Assembly (NCBI GenBank): GCA_965197475.1
Contig: CBDANF010000003.1
Location: forward strand, 2,336,001-2,400,000
Reading direction: 5' to 3'
DNA length: 64,000 nt
Origin: Candidatus Poribacteria bacterium
Lineage (GTDB): Bacteria > Poribacteria > WGA-4E > WGA-3G
The notes under the pieces are model-generated. The model ran no database searches. It saw only the letters and a program-made list of their open reading frames with translations, and was not told the DNA's origin. The translations under genes were made by a program, and so were the position numbers. Numbering within the stretch: the stretch's first letter is position 1; each line of letters starts with the position of its first letter. This document shows positions 51,647 through 62,214 of this stretch, in pieces.

Positions 51647-52015
51647 TTGGAAAAGGCGAAAAGAAAACAGATGAACCATCTTCGACGAAAGAAAAGAATT
51701 CGTCGAAAGATCAGCGGCACTAATGAACGCCCGAGGCTCTCTGTGAGTAGAAGTTTGAAACATATCTATGCCCAAATCATTGATGATGAGAACGGGAAGA
51801 CGCTTGCCCATGCCTCCAGTTTATCCCCTGAAGTAAAGGGAAATGCTGCTGAAGGTGGGAAGATACAAGTCGCTCAAAGCGTCGGTCAACTCATCGCGCA
51901 AAAGGCAAAGGAACATCAGATTGAGGGAGTCATCTTCGACCGAGGCGGTTATCTCTATCATGGTCGAATTAAAGCTCTCGCTGAAGCTGCAAGGGAAGGG
52001 GGGCTTAAGTTTTAA
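51647..52015 (+). CDS. rplR: 50S ribosomal protein L18
   Basis: [33 protein letters not shown]. Confidence 0.98.
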   Translation: MEKAKRKQMNHLRRKKRIRRKISGTNERPRLSVSRSLKHIYAQIIDDENGKTLAHASSLSPEVKGNAAEGGKIQVAQSVGQLIAQKAKEHQIEGVIFDRGGYLYHGRIKALAEAAREGGLKF

Positions 52016-52050
52016 CTGCCCCGCGTTTTATCCCTTGAGAGGAGACTTTT

Positions 52051-52581
52051 TTGCGAAAAGAAAAAATCAATCCTGAAGATTTTGAATTTGAAGAACGACC
52101 TATTGCTATAAATCGAGTCATGCGTGTTGGAAAAGGGAGAAGGACCCCGAGTTTTAATACCCTCTCCGTTGTCGGCAATCGAAACGGCATCGTTGGAATC
52201 GGTTTTGGGAGCGCAAGCGAAATTTCTGGCGCACTCCGCAAAAGTTTTGCTGACGCACGGAAAAATTTAATTCGCGTTCCTCTATCTGATGGTACACTTC
52301 CTCATGAAATCATCTGTGAATTCAAAGCTGCAAAAGTCCTGCTAAAACCTGCAAGACCCGGTACTGGTATCATTGCTGGTCATGCAACGCGGGCTATTTT
52401 GGAACACGCAGGTGTACGGGACGCACTCACAAAATGCCTGTCTTCAAGAAATGTCAAGAATATCGCTGAGGCTACGATGATCGGTTTGAGAAATCTCAAA
52501 GATGTTAATGATGTCGCACGAATTCGAGGCAAAACAGTTGAAGAACTTTTACATAAACGTACTAACAATTCTAAAAACTGA
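52051..52581 (+). CDS. rpsE: 30S ribosomal protein S5
   Basis: INRV, VVGN..G.VG.G.G, LKPA..GTGIIAG. Confidence 0.97.
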   Translation: MRKEKINPEDFEFEERPIAINRVMRVGKGRRTPSFNTLSVVGNRNGIVGIGFGSASEISGALRKSFADARKNLIRVPLSDGTLPHEIICEFKAAKVLLKPARPGTGIIAGHATRAILEHAGVRDALTKCLSSRNVKNIAEATMIGLRNLKDVNDVARIRGKTVEELLHKRTNNSKN

Positions 52582-52616
52582 GCCTGCTCAGTCATATCTA
52601 AGGAATAATAGATTCA

Positions 52617-53063
52617 ATGAAACTCAACGAACTCAAACCTCCCCCTGGCGCAACTCGTAAGCGAAAACGCGTTGGCCGTGGTCGCGGATCCGGACATGGT
52701 GGCACCTGTGGTCGTGGGCATAAAGGACAAAAATCTCGTTCCGGCGGTTCAATCCCCGCTTGGTTTGAAGGCGGACAGATGCCTTTGGTCAGGCGTGTCC
52801 CGAAACGCGGACCCCGCAGAATCGCACACAAACGGTTAGAGTATGATGTCGTTAATATAAAAACCCTCAACCTATTTGAAGAGGAAATTGAGGTGAACCC
52901 TGAACGTCTCCGAGAAGCCGGCATCATTAAACGGAAAAACGCGCTCATTAAAATACTCGGCGATGGTCAACTTGACAAACGACTGAACGTGCGCGCACAT
53001 CGGTTTTCAAAATCCGCAATTGAAAAGATCGAAGCTAAAGGTGGCACTGCTGAGGTGATTTAA
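52617..53063 (+). CDS. rplO: 50S ribosomal protein L15
   Basis: RVGRG.GSG.G.T.GRGHKGQ.SRSG, FEGGQMP. Confidence 0.98.
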   Translation: MKLNELKPPPGATRKRKRVGRGRGSGHGGTCGRGHKGQKSRSGGSIPAWFEGGQMPLVRRVPKRGPRRIAHKRLEYDVVNIKTLNLFEEEIEVNPERLREAGIIKRKNALIKILGDGQLDKRLNVRAHRFSKSAIEKIEAKGGTAEVI

Positions 53064-54407
53064 GTGATCAAGGCAATTCAAAACGCGTTTAAAATCCCTG
53101 AATTACGTAAGCGCATTATTTTTTCTGTGATGCTTTTAATCGTTTATCGACTTGGGGCACACATTACGCTTCCAGGTATTGATGATGGTGCACTTGAGGC
53201 ATTTTTTGAACAACTCATGGAGCGTACGGGAAATGTCATTGCACTGATCAATGTCTTCTCAGGCGGCGCATTTAGCCAGATGACGATTTTCGCACTCGGA
53301 ATTCAGCCCTATATCAGTGCCATGATTATTATGCAGCTGCTTCCTATGCTCATCCCATCCTTAGAAAGACTCTCTAAGGAACCGGATGGACGTAAAAAAA
53401 TCACCCAATATACACGCTACGGCACAGTCCTCCTCAGCATTGTTCAAGGGATAACGATTACCATTTTGTTAAGAAATCCAGGACAATTAATCGGCGGGGG
53501 TGCTGGTACTATAGTCAACAATCCCACCATTTGGTGGCACGCCTTGACAGTCTTAACATTAACAGCAGGCACCGCTTTTGTGATGTGGCTCGGTGAACAA
53601 ATTACCGAACGCGGTATTGGACAAGGAATCTCAATAATTATTACTGTCGGTATTATGGCAGGGTTTCCCAGTGGTGTCGTTACTGTCTTCAGGAGCCTGT
53701 TTGAAGATACGCGTTTTGGACTTATCCATCTGGTTACCTTACTTGCTCTCATTGTAATAGCTGTGGCAGGCACAATCTTTATTCATCTTTCTGTTCGCAA
53801 AATTCCAGTTCAATACGGTAAGCAGATCCGTGGTAACAAAGTGTTCGGTGGACGATCGATGTCTTTACCCTTACGGGTCAACACCGCCGGAATGATACCA
53901 ATTATCTTCGCTGTCTACTTAATGACGTTTCCAGGATTCGTCATCGGCATATTGCCAACGGATTGGACTTGGGTTGAAGGTTTGACAAGATTGATGGATC
54001 CTCAAAATCCATCTTTTTTATATCTTAGTATTTATGCATCGTTAATCATCGGATTCACCTATTTCTACACAGCCGTGCAACTCAATCCTGTTGAAATGGC
54101 TGAGAACTTGCAAAAACACGGTGGTTTTATACCTGGACTCCGGCCCGGAAAGCAGACTGCCGATTATATCAATACAACGTTGACACGTATTACACTTCCC
54201 GGTGCATTGTTTCTGGCTGGCATTGCTGTAATTCCTATTTCTATCACTAGTTGGCTCGGTGTTGGCGGAATGGTTGAAGGTGCTTCTGTCTTGATTGTCG
54301 TAGGGGTTGTATTGGATACGGTGTCACAAATTGAATCTTACTTAACGATGCGTCATTATGATGGATTCTTGAAAGATAGACGTTTAAAAGGACGCCGAGG
54401 CAGATAA
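53064..54407 (+). CDS. secY: Preprotein translocase SecY
   Basis: FALGI.PYI.A.II.QL, WLGEQITERGIG.G.S, G.IPIIFA, FIPG.RPG..T. Confidence 0.98.
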   Translation: MIKAIQNAFKIPELRKRIIFSVMLLIVYRLGAHITLPGIDDGALEAFFEQLMERTGNVIALINVFSGGAFSQMTIFALGIQPYISAMIIMQLLPMLIPSLERLSKEPDGRKKITQYTRYGTVLLSIVQGITITILLRNPGQLIGGGAGTIVNNPTIWWHALTVLTLTAGTAFVMWLGEQITERGIGQGISIIITVGIMAGFPSGVVTVFRSLFEDTRFGLIHLVTLLALIVIAVAGTIFIHLSVRKIPVQYGKQIRGNKVFGGRSMSLPLRVNTAGMIPIIFAVYLMTFPGFVIGILPTDWTWVEGLTRLMDPQNPSFLYLSIYASLIIGFTYFYTAVQLNPVEMAENLQKHGGFIPGLRPGKQTADYINTTLTRITLPGALFLAGIAVIPISITSWLGVGGMVEGASVLIVVGVVLDTVSQIESYLTMRHYDGFLKDRRLKGRRGR

Positions 54408-54491
54408 ACGCACTATATTATATTCGTATGTGTTGTGCAAGAAAGACTTGCTTGTGAGGCGACCTATAGCAAACGAATTGGAAGGAAAACT

Positions 54492-54608
54492 ATGAAAGTC
54501 CGACCCTCTGTCAAGAAAATGTGTAACCGTTGTAAAATTATTAAAAGAAAAGGAATTATCCGCGTTATCTGTCCTTCGAATCCGAAGCATAAACAACGGC
54601 AGGGATAA
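54492..54608 (+). CDS. rpmJ: 50S ribosomal protein L36 (missing from ORF track)
   Basis: Manual translation [38 protein letters not shown]. Confidence 0.97.
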   Translation: MKVRPSVKKMCNRCKIIKRKGIIRVICPSNPKHKQRQG

Positions 54609-54634
54609 TCTTTTCTACATGTAAGGAGGAAACC

Positions 54635-55030
54635 ATGGCACGCATAGCAGGAGTGGATTTACCCCGTACTAAACGGATTGATATCGCTTTAACAGCTATC
54701 TTCGGCATTGGTCGTTATACTGCATCACAGATCGTAACTGACCTTAATATCGACCCAGCCAAGAAGGTTGATGCTCTGGCTGAAAACGAAGTCAGTCAAC
54801 TCCGAGATAGAATCACTGAAGAATATAAAGTTGAAGGTGACTTGCGCCGAGAAGTTGACCAAAATATAAAACGACTCATGGATATTAACAGTTATCGTGG
54901 ATTTCGCCACAGACGGCAATTACCTGTGCGGGGGCAACGCACAAATACGAATGCTCGCACACGAAAAGGTAAAGCACGCACGATTTCTGTTGGTAGAAAA
55001 GCCAAAGAAGCAGCACGTAAAGGCGGTTGA
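54635..55030 (+). CDS. rpsM: 30S ribosomal protein S13
   Basis: [30 protein letters not shown]. Confidence 0.98.
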   Translation: MARIAGVDLPRTKRIDIALTAIFGIGRYTASQIVTDLNIDPAKKVDALAENEVSQLRDRITEEYKVEGDLRREVDQNIKRLMDINSYRGFRHRRQLPVRGQRTNTNARTRKGKARTISVGRKAKEAARKGG

Positions 55031-55121
55031 TTTAATCAGAGTTCCGCAGCAGTGCTATTTCTTATGTATCACAAATTGCGCATCCTACAGCGCACTTACG
55101 GTTATCTAAAGGAGAAACAGT

Positions 55122-55493
55122 TTGCGTTCACGAAGACGGGAACGAAAAAATGTACCGGAGGGCATCGCCCACATCCAGGCTACGTTCAATAATACAATTG
55201 TGACTATCACCGACCCCAACGGCAATACGGTTGCTTGGGCGAGCGCAGGAATGACGTTTCCCGGTTCGCGCAAGTCAACACCTTTTGCAGCGCAACAGAC
55301 TGCAGAAGCATGTGCCAGAAAAGCAATGGAACACGGTATGAAACGGGTTGAAGTGAGAGTCAAAGGCCCAGGATCCGGGCGAGAATCTTCAATTCGCGCA
55401 CTTGCCGCTGCTGGGCTAGAAATTACTTTGATGAAAGATATGACACCCATTCCACACAACGGATGTCGTCCACCCAAAAGACGACGGGTGTAA
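55122..55493 (+). CDS. rpsK: 30S ribosomal protein S11
   Basis: [39 protein letters not shown]. Confidence 0.98.
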   Translation: MRSRRRERKNVPEGIAHIQATFNNTIVTITDPNGNTVAWASAGMTFPGSRKSTPFAAQQTAEACARKAMEHGMKRVEVRVKGPGSGRESSIRALAAAGLEITLMKDMTPIPHNGCRPPKRRRV

Positions 55494-55505
55494 CCAAGGA
55501 GGCAC

Positions 55506-56138
55506 ATGAGTAGGTATTTAGATTCTGTTTGTAAGTTATGCCGTCGAGAGGGGGAAAAACTTTTTCTGAAAGGCCGCAGATGCCTTGGACCAAAATGCTC
55601 CTTTGAACGAAGAAGTTATCCACCCGGCGACCACGGACAAAAACCACCCACACGCGCTCGGGGCGAATATCGACGACAATTACGCACTAAACAAAAAGCA
55701 AAGCGAATTTACGGTATCTTTGAGAAACAGTTTCGCAACTATTATTTCAAAGCAGCACGCCAAACCGGTATCACCGGCGAGAATTTAATTGCGCTCCTTG
55801 AACGCCGCTTAGACAATGTCGTTTATCGACTCGGGTTTGCAACATCACGTAAACAAGCCAGACAATTGGTGAAACACAATCACTTCACTGTCAATGGGAA
55901 GCGAGTCAATATACCTTCCTATCTGGTTGAAATTGGAGATGTTATCACCCCACGCGAAAAAAGCCGTGAAAGCATCACGATTCAAGAAGCGTTAGAATTT
56001 TCAAAGCAACGGGGCGCACCCGAATGGCTCGAAATTGATGCTGGTAAGCCTGAAGGACGAGTGCAAGGAACACCAATTGTGGAGCATATTGCAGCAGAGT
56101 TAGACACACAACTAATTATTGAATTATACTCAAGGTAA
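55506..56138 (+). CDS. rpsD: 30S ribosomal protein S4
   Basis: [33 protein letters not shown]. Confidence 0.98.
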   Translation: MSRYLDSVCKLCRREGEKLFLKGRRCLGPKCSFERRSYPPGDHGQKPPTRARGEYRRQLRTKQKAKRIYGIFEKQFRNYYFKAARQTGITGENLIALLERRLDNVVYRLGFATSRKQARQLVKHNHFTVNGKRVNIPSYLVEIGDVITPREKSRESITIQEALEFSKQRGAPEWLEIDAGKPEGRVQGTPIVEHIAAELDTQLIIELYSR

Positions 56139-56540
56139 CAACTATTGCCTCTTGAATGTTAACAAATTTGATCCGTTCAATATGATTGTTATTTTATCAA
56201 ATTTGACAGAAAAAGCCGTAAATCCACGGTTCCCTATTGCGTAGGATAATATAAGAATATTAAAATGCGCCTTACCTCTGTCGAAATTCCAAGAGGCAAT
56301 TCAAGTTGTTTTCATAACTACTTACTGTTGTAACCTCTACTAATTGTTTGATACAACCGTGTCAACAATAACAGATAACACAACACAAGCAGTTGTAACG
56401 AGTACATAGTCAAAAAACATTACAGTTTTACAAGCCACATTAATCCCGCGACAACGCACGTGGGCAGGCGAGGTAATGTTTTTGGAACAAAACTGTTTGA
56501 CTCTGTTTATAGAAAAACTTAAGCCTATAGGAGGAAATCG

Positions 56541-57563
56541 ATGAATAGGTTGCATTTAACAATGCCTGACCGTCTGGTAGCCGATACCGAAACCTTACTG
56601 CCAAATTATGCGAAATACACCGCTGAGCCTCTTGAACGAGGATTCGGTACTACTCTGGGCAACTCGCTTCGTCGAGTACTTCTCTCTTCCATTAAAGGAT
56701 CTGCCATCACTGCCATTCAAGTCGATCAGGTCAAGCATGAATATTCAACTATTCCAGGAATTTTAGAAGATGTTGTACAGATAATTCTTAACCTCAAGAC
56801 AATTCGGTTCCGACTTCTACAGGACGAACCCATGATATTGGAACTCACCGCAAGCGGTTCCGGTGAACTGACAGCAGCCGACATCCGCCCCAATGCACTT
56901 GTTGAAATTATCAACCCTGACCAACACATCGGAACGCTTGATAAGTGTCAGGGAATAGATATGGAAATTCAAGTCCAGACGGGACGCGGTTACTCACTTG
57001 CAGAAGAACATAGGGATCTTAAACAACCCATCGGATGGATCCCGGTTGATGCAAAATTTTCGCCGGTCGAAAAAGTTAATTTCTGGGTAAACGAAACCCG
57101 GGTTGAAGACATGACGAATTTCGATCAACTCAATCTCGAAATATGGACAGATGGAAGTATTACACCGAAATTGGCTATCACACAAGCCGCGGATATTTTG
57201 CGCAGCCAACTTGATATCTTTACCGAATTCGATGAAACCTACGTCGAACCAGAACCCGAAATTGACGAAGCGAAAATATTGAGAAACAGATACCTCTCAA
57301 AACCTGTCGCTGACTTGGAGCTTTCAGTACGAGCTGGAAACTGCCTTGAAACCGCAAATATCAAAACTATACGTCAACTTGTTGCCAAAAATGAGAAAGA
57401 GATGTTGGAATACAAGAACTTCGGTAGAACTTCTCTGAATGAAATCAAAGACCAACTTGCCAACATGGGATTGACTCTTGGAATGGATTTAGATGACGAT
57501 CTTTATATTGACACAGATGGGGAGGAATCAGAATGCGACACAGAAAACGCGGAAGAAAATTAG
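56541..57563 (+). CDS. rpoA: RNA polymerase alpha subunit
   Basis: EPLERGFGTTLGNSLRRVLLSS, HEYS, GRGY, ELSVRA.NCL, NFGRTSL.EI. Confidence 0.98.
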   Translation: MNRLHLTMPDRLVADTETLLPNYAKYTAEPLERGFGTTLGNSLRRVLLSSIKGSAITAIQVDQVKHEYSTIPGILEDVVQIILNLKTIRFRLLQDEPMILELTASGSGELTAADIRPNALVEIINPDQHIGTLDKCQGIDMEIQVQTGRGYSLAEEHRDLKQPIGWIPVDAKFSPVEKVNFWVNETRVEDMTNFDQLNLEIWTDGSITPKLAITQAADILRSQLDIFTEFDETYVEPEPEIDEAKILRNRYLSKPVADLELSVRAGNCLETANIKTIRQLVAKNEKEMLEYKNFGRTSLNEIKDQLANMGLTLGMDLDDDLYIDTDGEESECDTENAEEN

Positions 57564-57934
57564 GACGTACCACAAGCCATAGAAACGCTCTCTTCCGCAA
57601 CCAAGCTACCGCACTGTTCGAACATGAACAAATCCGGACAACCTTGCACAAATGTAAGGAACTCCGACGCGTCGCGGAAAAACTTATCACACTCGCAAAA
57701 CAGGACACTTTGCATGCACGCCGACGTGCCGCACGACACTTATATGGGGCGAACCTCCATTATACACCACGTCGTGGTGAATCGGGAGCAGTCCAAAAAC
57801 ACGCTATTCTTCAGAAACTTTTTGAAGATATAGCACCTCGGTACCAAGATCGGAATGGCGGCTATACACGCATTATTCGCGGGGAATTAAGACGCGGCGA
57901 CGGTGCACAGATGGCTTACATTCAACTTGTTTGA
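57533..57934 (+). CDS. rplQ: 50S ribosomal protein L17
   Basis: MRHRK..RKLGR..SHR, EKLITLAK, R.GGYTRI, R.GDGA. Confidence 0.98.
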   Translation: MRHRKRGRKLGRTTSHRNALFRNQATALFEHEQIRTTLHKCKELRRVAEKLITLAKQDTLHARRRAARHLYGANLHYTPRRGESGAVQKHAILQKLFEDIAPRYQDRNGGYTRIIRGELRRGDGAQMAYIQLV

Positions 57935-57951
57935 TAATTACCCTTATAACA

Positions 57952-57985
57952 AAACAAGGGCGGAGTTTCAACTCCGCCCTTGTTT
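57952..57985. terminator. Bidirectional intrinsic terminator ending the alpha operon
   Basis: AAACAAGGGCGGAGTT-tc-AACTCCGCCCTTGTTT. Confidence 0.85.
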
Positions 57986-58144
57986 GCTTAAACTGTAAAA
58001 CTCAAATTAAAACCGATACGCTCCTGATACGAAAACTTGATGTGTATTCTGCTTCATTGTTATACCATTTCTAAGTGATTATATTGCATTAATTCGTCCG
58101 TTGGGTAGAGTTTGCGAAACCCATTATGTGTCAACTTAAGGAAA

Positions 58145-59155
58145 TTAACCCTTATTTGTATGTATTTCAGCCCCAACGGGGCGAAAGGTGTATAAAAAAC
58201 GCGTGATAACAATTTTTAGATGCCGCCAATACTGTTCTATACCGTGGTGTTGAGACCATATCCGTAGGATTTCACACGCACGCAGCGGTTTCCCGAATAC
58301 CAGCATTGTTCGGATTTTGCCACGGTCTGCCAAGAACAACACCACTACTTTTCCAAAAGTTGGACTTGTGGCTTTAGTGCGATAGACCGGTTTATCGCAA
58401 CCCCATTGATTGGAGAGGAGTTTGATCGGCTTTTTATGCTCCGAGAGTTTCACCTTTTTTTCATCAATCGTCATCACATAGTTGCTTTTTCCGTGCACAA
58501 GGATCGTTTCAAATCCCATTTCTCGCAAGGTGTCAATCAAGTGGTGGCTGCCATACCACGCATCGAAGGTGATCGGATAGTTTCGGATATCTATTCCGGT
58601 CTCTTCAAAAAAGGACACCACTTCCTTGAACATAGTGATGACACAGGAGGGTTTATCCGTGTTCCCGCGGCCTTGTTTGCTGACCAGTCGCATATTCAGC
58701 GGAATGATCTGATTTCCAATCTTTATTGTGATCCCCAATATATTTTGTCCCTTCATCGGCTGATTTGCTTGAGAAGACCACCAATCAGATACGTAGGAGA
58801 GCTCCGCTCCATAACGGAAAACAAAGGTATCATCCACACTGATGACGATACACAGACGCGATAGGGTAGAAGCACTTTTTGATACTGCCTCCTGTAGCAC
58901 CTCTAACGCAATAGAACACCCGATACGCACAAAAAGATGCTGCCAGAGATAAAGACTCATCGTATTCAGTGCCCGATATAGTCTCGCTTTCGGAATAGAC
59001 AGCGCATCCGCCACTTGATCCGGGTTAGTAAGTCCAAACAGATGACAGGTTGACAAAAACACTAAGGTATGAACAAGACCCTGTTTCAAGGTGCGAAACT
59101 GTGAAGAAAGAAGTAGTTGAAAAAAGGTTATAGATTTGATAAGCTGAGTTAGCAT
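58145..59155 (-). pseudogene. C-terminally truncated transposase
   Basis: Closely similar to 15956..17110 up to YWRHLK, then unrelated IVITRF... Confidence 0.85.
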
Positions 59156-59318
59156 GAGATGTCCTCCTAATGCATTTTATGTCTGAAACTGTAATTAGGA
59201 TGGGCTCTCATGCTATAAAAGTCAAGGAAAATGGACACAGCAAAAACGCATTTTCATGGCGTTACACCTTGTTTCTATTGATGATTATTAGGTTGAAGAC
59301 CATTCTGAGAAATATCAG
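58213..59318 (-). mobile_element. Truncated second copy of the IS701/IS4-like element (left end intact, right end lost)
   Basis: The TIR and leader match 15792-15955; homology stops after YWRHLK. Confidence 0.85.
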
Positions 59319-60208
59319 ATAGGTTACGTCAGTGACGATGCCATTAAAATGCAGGAAGCTGCCCATGCAGCCGGTGCTGATAGATACTGGTCTTATACAG
59401 AGTATGATAATCATACGCATGCGGATTGGCGGGATGATTATCAAAGGGCAATAGGTGCTGAAGATTGGCCCCCAGAAATTGATACTTCCGGGCAGCTGGC
59501 ATCCCAAACACAGACCGGCGATGGCACGTCTTCGGAAACTACTGTGCCGGTAGACAACTCCCCCGACTGTGATTCCTGTACAACAGGTGGGTGTTCCGCG
59601 TGCCCGGTTATGGTGCTTGTGGGGTGCATACCGGCATCGCCTCAAGTGAGGCAAGTGACCACGCTTATACAGTGGGTGGCTGTACGCATTCCTACTATAT
59701 GTGTCAAGCAAGCGGCCATGAATGGGGCACCGCGCCGTGTGGCGATGCGACACATGTTGGGTATCTCTGTCAAATTGTCGCATCGGATCAGGAGTGGGTA
59801 TATGAGATTTGTCCATCCATGCATGCATATTATGAATGCGATGGGAGTGATCATTCATTACAAGCGAGTTGTTCAGAAACGAATGCAAACGGCGATAGTT
59901 GTACGGTGACGAGTTTCTATGCGTGTCAGACGCATACGCATGCCTATCCACCTCTGCCGACGGTTGCTTGTTGGGCGAGCAGCTGGTCTGGCTGCACGGC
60001 ACAGGTGAGTTCAGGTACAGCGCATAGAGTTGACAGCTGCACATCGTGTAGCAGTACCTATTGGACGTGTAGTTCAGATCATGTTGCCCTACATGAAACA
60101 CAACGAACATGTCGGCGTTCCGGCTGTGGGCAGACTTTTATACGCTGTTCCAAGCCAACGTGTCTCGCTGACTCAGACAGGAAGTGCTGGGCGGTGAATA
60201 CCGACTAA
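59319..60208 (+). pseudogene. 5'-truncated, frameshifted Cys/His-rich protein with a remnant of an M15-like peptidase domain
   Basis: Frame is open from the IS end: GYVSDDAIKMQEAAHAAG..YWSYTEYDNHTHADWR, linker, CDSC..GGCSACP. It shifts frame near 59610 into GACGVH...CWAVNTD*. Confidence 0.65.
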
Positions 60209-60220
60209 TCTTTCAACAAC

Positions 60221-60254
60221 AAGGCAGGTATCCGATTTTGGTATCTGCCTTTCT
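60221..60254 (+). terminator. Hairpin plus T-run after the Cys-rich gene
   Basis: AAGGCAGGTAT...GTATCTGCCTT followed by TTC. Confidence 0.6.
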
Positions 60255-60277
60255 TCTATTCAACGGGACACACTTTG

Positions 60278-60751
60278 ATGAACCCTCGCATATTCGGATT
60301 TCTCTTTGTTGGACTGCTTATTTTATTGACTGCGGACAGTCTTTATCTCCGCCCAGCTGCACCTACCCCTCCGCAGCAACGACAAACGCGCGAGGTATCA
60401 AGTCAATCAAAGTCAATGCAGCGCGATGCTACCACAAGGAACACCGATAGCACACCCGACTCATTCTACCAGACTATCATTGACAACAATATCTTCCGTT
60501 CACTCGGTTGGCAACCGCCCAGAAAACAGCCGGACTATACCCTCATCGGCACAGCAGTTTCCCAAAATGTTGCAGATTCAAAGGCGTTTATATTGGAGCG
60601 GCGTTCAAATCGGTTGCATACTGTCAAAGTTGGGGACACCCTTGACGATGCGCGTGTAAAAGAGATTCAATCGAAACGTGTTACACTGCATGAAGCAGGA
60701 AAAGACATAATCCTGCATGGCGGCAGGCTGCAGTTTTCTAATATCAATTAA
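60278..60751 (+). CDS. Bitopic GspC-HR/PilP-like protein (paralog B of 37422..37874)
   Basis: Shared TPD.FYQ.IIDNN.FR.LGWQPP..QPDY.L.GT.V, ILERRS, VGDTL, K.VTL. Confidence 0.7.
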   Translation: MNPRIFGFLFVGLLILLTADSLYLRPAAPTPPQQRQTREVSSQSKSMQRDATTRNTDSTPDSFYQTIIDNNIFRSLGWQPPRKQPDYTLIGTAVSQNVADSKAFILERRSNRLHTVKVGDTLDDARVKEIQSKRVTLHEAGKDIILHGGRLQFSNIN

Positions 60752-60837
60752 CTTGATTAGAAGTTTTGTGAAAAAGTCAGCATTGTGAGGAGAATCCAGA
60801 GACCTCGCACTACAAATCGGGTTAATTTGGTATTACA

Positions 60838-61890
60838 CTAAAATTCGTTAAATACTTTCACAGGTTTTCCTGTTTTAATAGATTCCCACGCTGCAACCCC
60901 TACAGCAATAGACTTCGCGCCATCAACAACATTTGGAGACGGTTCCAAATCTTCCGCAAGACACTGCTGAAAATGCCGCATATATCGGATAACTGTTTGT
61001 CCGTGTCCATAAACACTTGTGTCAACTTCAGGTGGACATATCATCTCAAAAGGTTCTCTCGTGGACATTTTATCAAGCATGAGTTTTACTTGTCCGCCTT
61101 TGTTATCCGTAAAGTCACCGATCATTGTGCCTTTGCTACCGTAAATGGATACTTGCATCATCGGCATCGGTGGGTGAACAACGTCGTAAAGCCCCATCGC
61201 TCTTGCGATTTGTCCACTCTTAAACTTCAGATTAAGAAAAAAGTTGTTTTTTATCGGGTATTCTGGCGTGAGCGTACCTTTTGTGCCGTAAGCATGAACC
61301 TCTTCGACATCACCGAGAAAACTGCGTAGAATGTCAACAGGATGCACAACCCCTCCAAACATTAGGTCTTGTGGAGCATGGAGTCGCCACGGTGTGAAAT
61401 CATAGACATCGCGCAGATCATGGACATAATAGGCATCTGCCACCATAATATCACCTAAATCACCATCGTCAAAGAGGCGTTTCATTGTTAAAAATTGCAG
61501 GTCAAACCGCATCGTCTGTCCGACAAGGAATTTGACACCGTGTTCACGGACTAAGTCCACTAAGCATTGTGCATCGGCTAACGTTGTCACCATCGGTTTA
61601 GTGCAGACAACATGTTTTCCAGCTTCAATGGCTGCGATGCAATGTTCGGCGTGAAGATGGTCAGGAGAATACACAGCAATGACAGAGATGTCATCACGTA
61701 GAATCAATTCACCATAATCTGTCGTCCAAAAATCGACTCCAATATCTTTGGCGTAGTTTTCAAGAATGTCCGGTCGCTTTGCACAGATGCCGCGAAGTTC
61801 ATAATTCAGGTCCGGCACATCTTTGAGCAGAGTTGCCGTTGAACCCATATTGGTAGGGTTGATTCCGATGACACCTAATCCTATTGCCAT
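60838..61890 (-). CDS. Gfo/Idh/MocA family oxidoreductase
   Basis: PDHLHAEH..AAIEAGKHV.C.KP, VGQTMRF, HP.D. Confidence 0.9.
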   Translation of the reverse strand: MAIGLGVIGINPTNMGSTATLLKDVPDLNYELRGICAKRPDILENYAKDIGVDFWTTDYGELILRDDISVIAVYSPDHLHAEHCIAAIEAGKHVVCTKPMVTTLADAQCLVDLVREHGVKFLVGQTMRFDLQFLTMKRLFDDGDLGDIMVADAYYVHDLRDVYDFTPWRLHAPQDLMFGGVVHPVDILRSFLGDVEEVHAYGTKGTLTPEYPIKNNFFLNLKFKSGQIARAMGLYDVVHPPMPMMQVSIYGSKGTMIGDFTDNKGGQVKLMLDKMSTREPFEMICPPEVDTSVYGHGQTVIRYMRHFQQCLAEDLEPSPNVVDGAKSIAVGVAAWESIKTGKPVKVFNEF

Positions 61891-62022
61891 TTTTTACTCC
61901 TTTGATTACGCACAATCTTATCATAAATCCCTTTGATTGGCAAGTTTTTATCGGGTGTGTAAAGTTTTTGTCACAAGGTGTGAGATTGTGAGGTCTCAGT
62001 GCATCTTGCTACGGGTGCACCC

Positions 62023-62085
62023 GTAGGAGGGAACTCCGATTCCCGACAAAAAATGTAATGGTTGCGCTTCGGAGATCTCTCATAC
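62023..62085. repeat. Degenerate REP doublet (family A)
   Basis: gtaggagggaactccgattcccgac ... gcgcttcggagatctctcatac. Confidence 0.65.
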
Positions 62086-62214
62086 AATATTCGGAAAACT
62101 AAATAACCCTGCCAATAACAATTCTTACTTGCTATTTTTTTGTTAATCGTTTATTATTAATAGATATGGCAGAGATTGATACCGGTATCAGAATATTACA
62201 AGGAGAACACGATT

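Noticed and set aside
57533-57563. rpoA/rplQ 31-nt overlap as a special feature
   Set aside because: Short acidic tail overlapping the next RBS; common in operons, or a trivial G-run miscall.
59262-60110. 282-aa minus-strand His-rich ORF
   Set aside because: Antisense to the Cys-rich gene and runs into the IS end.
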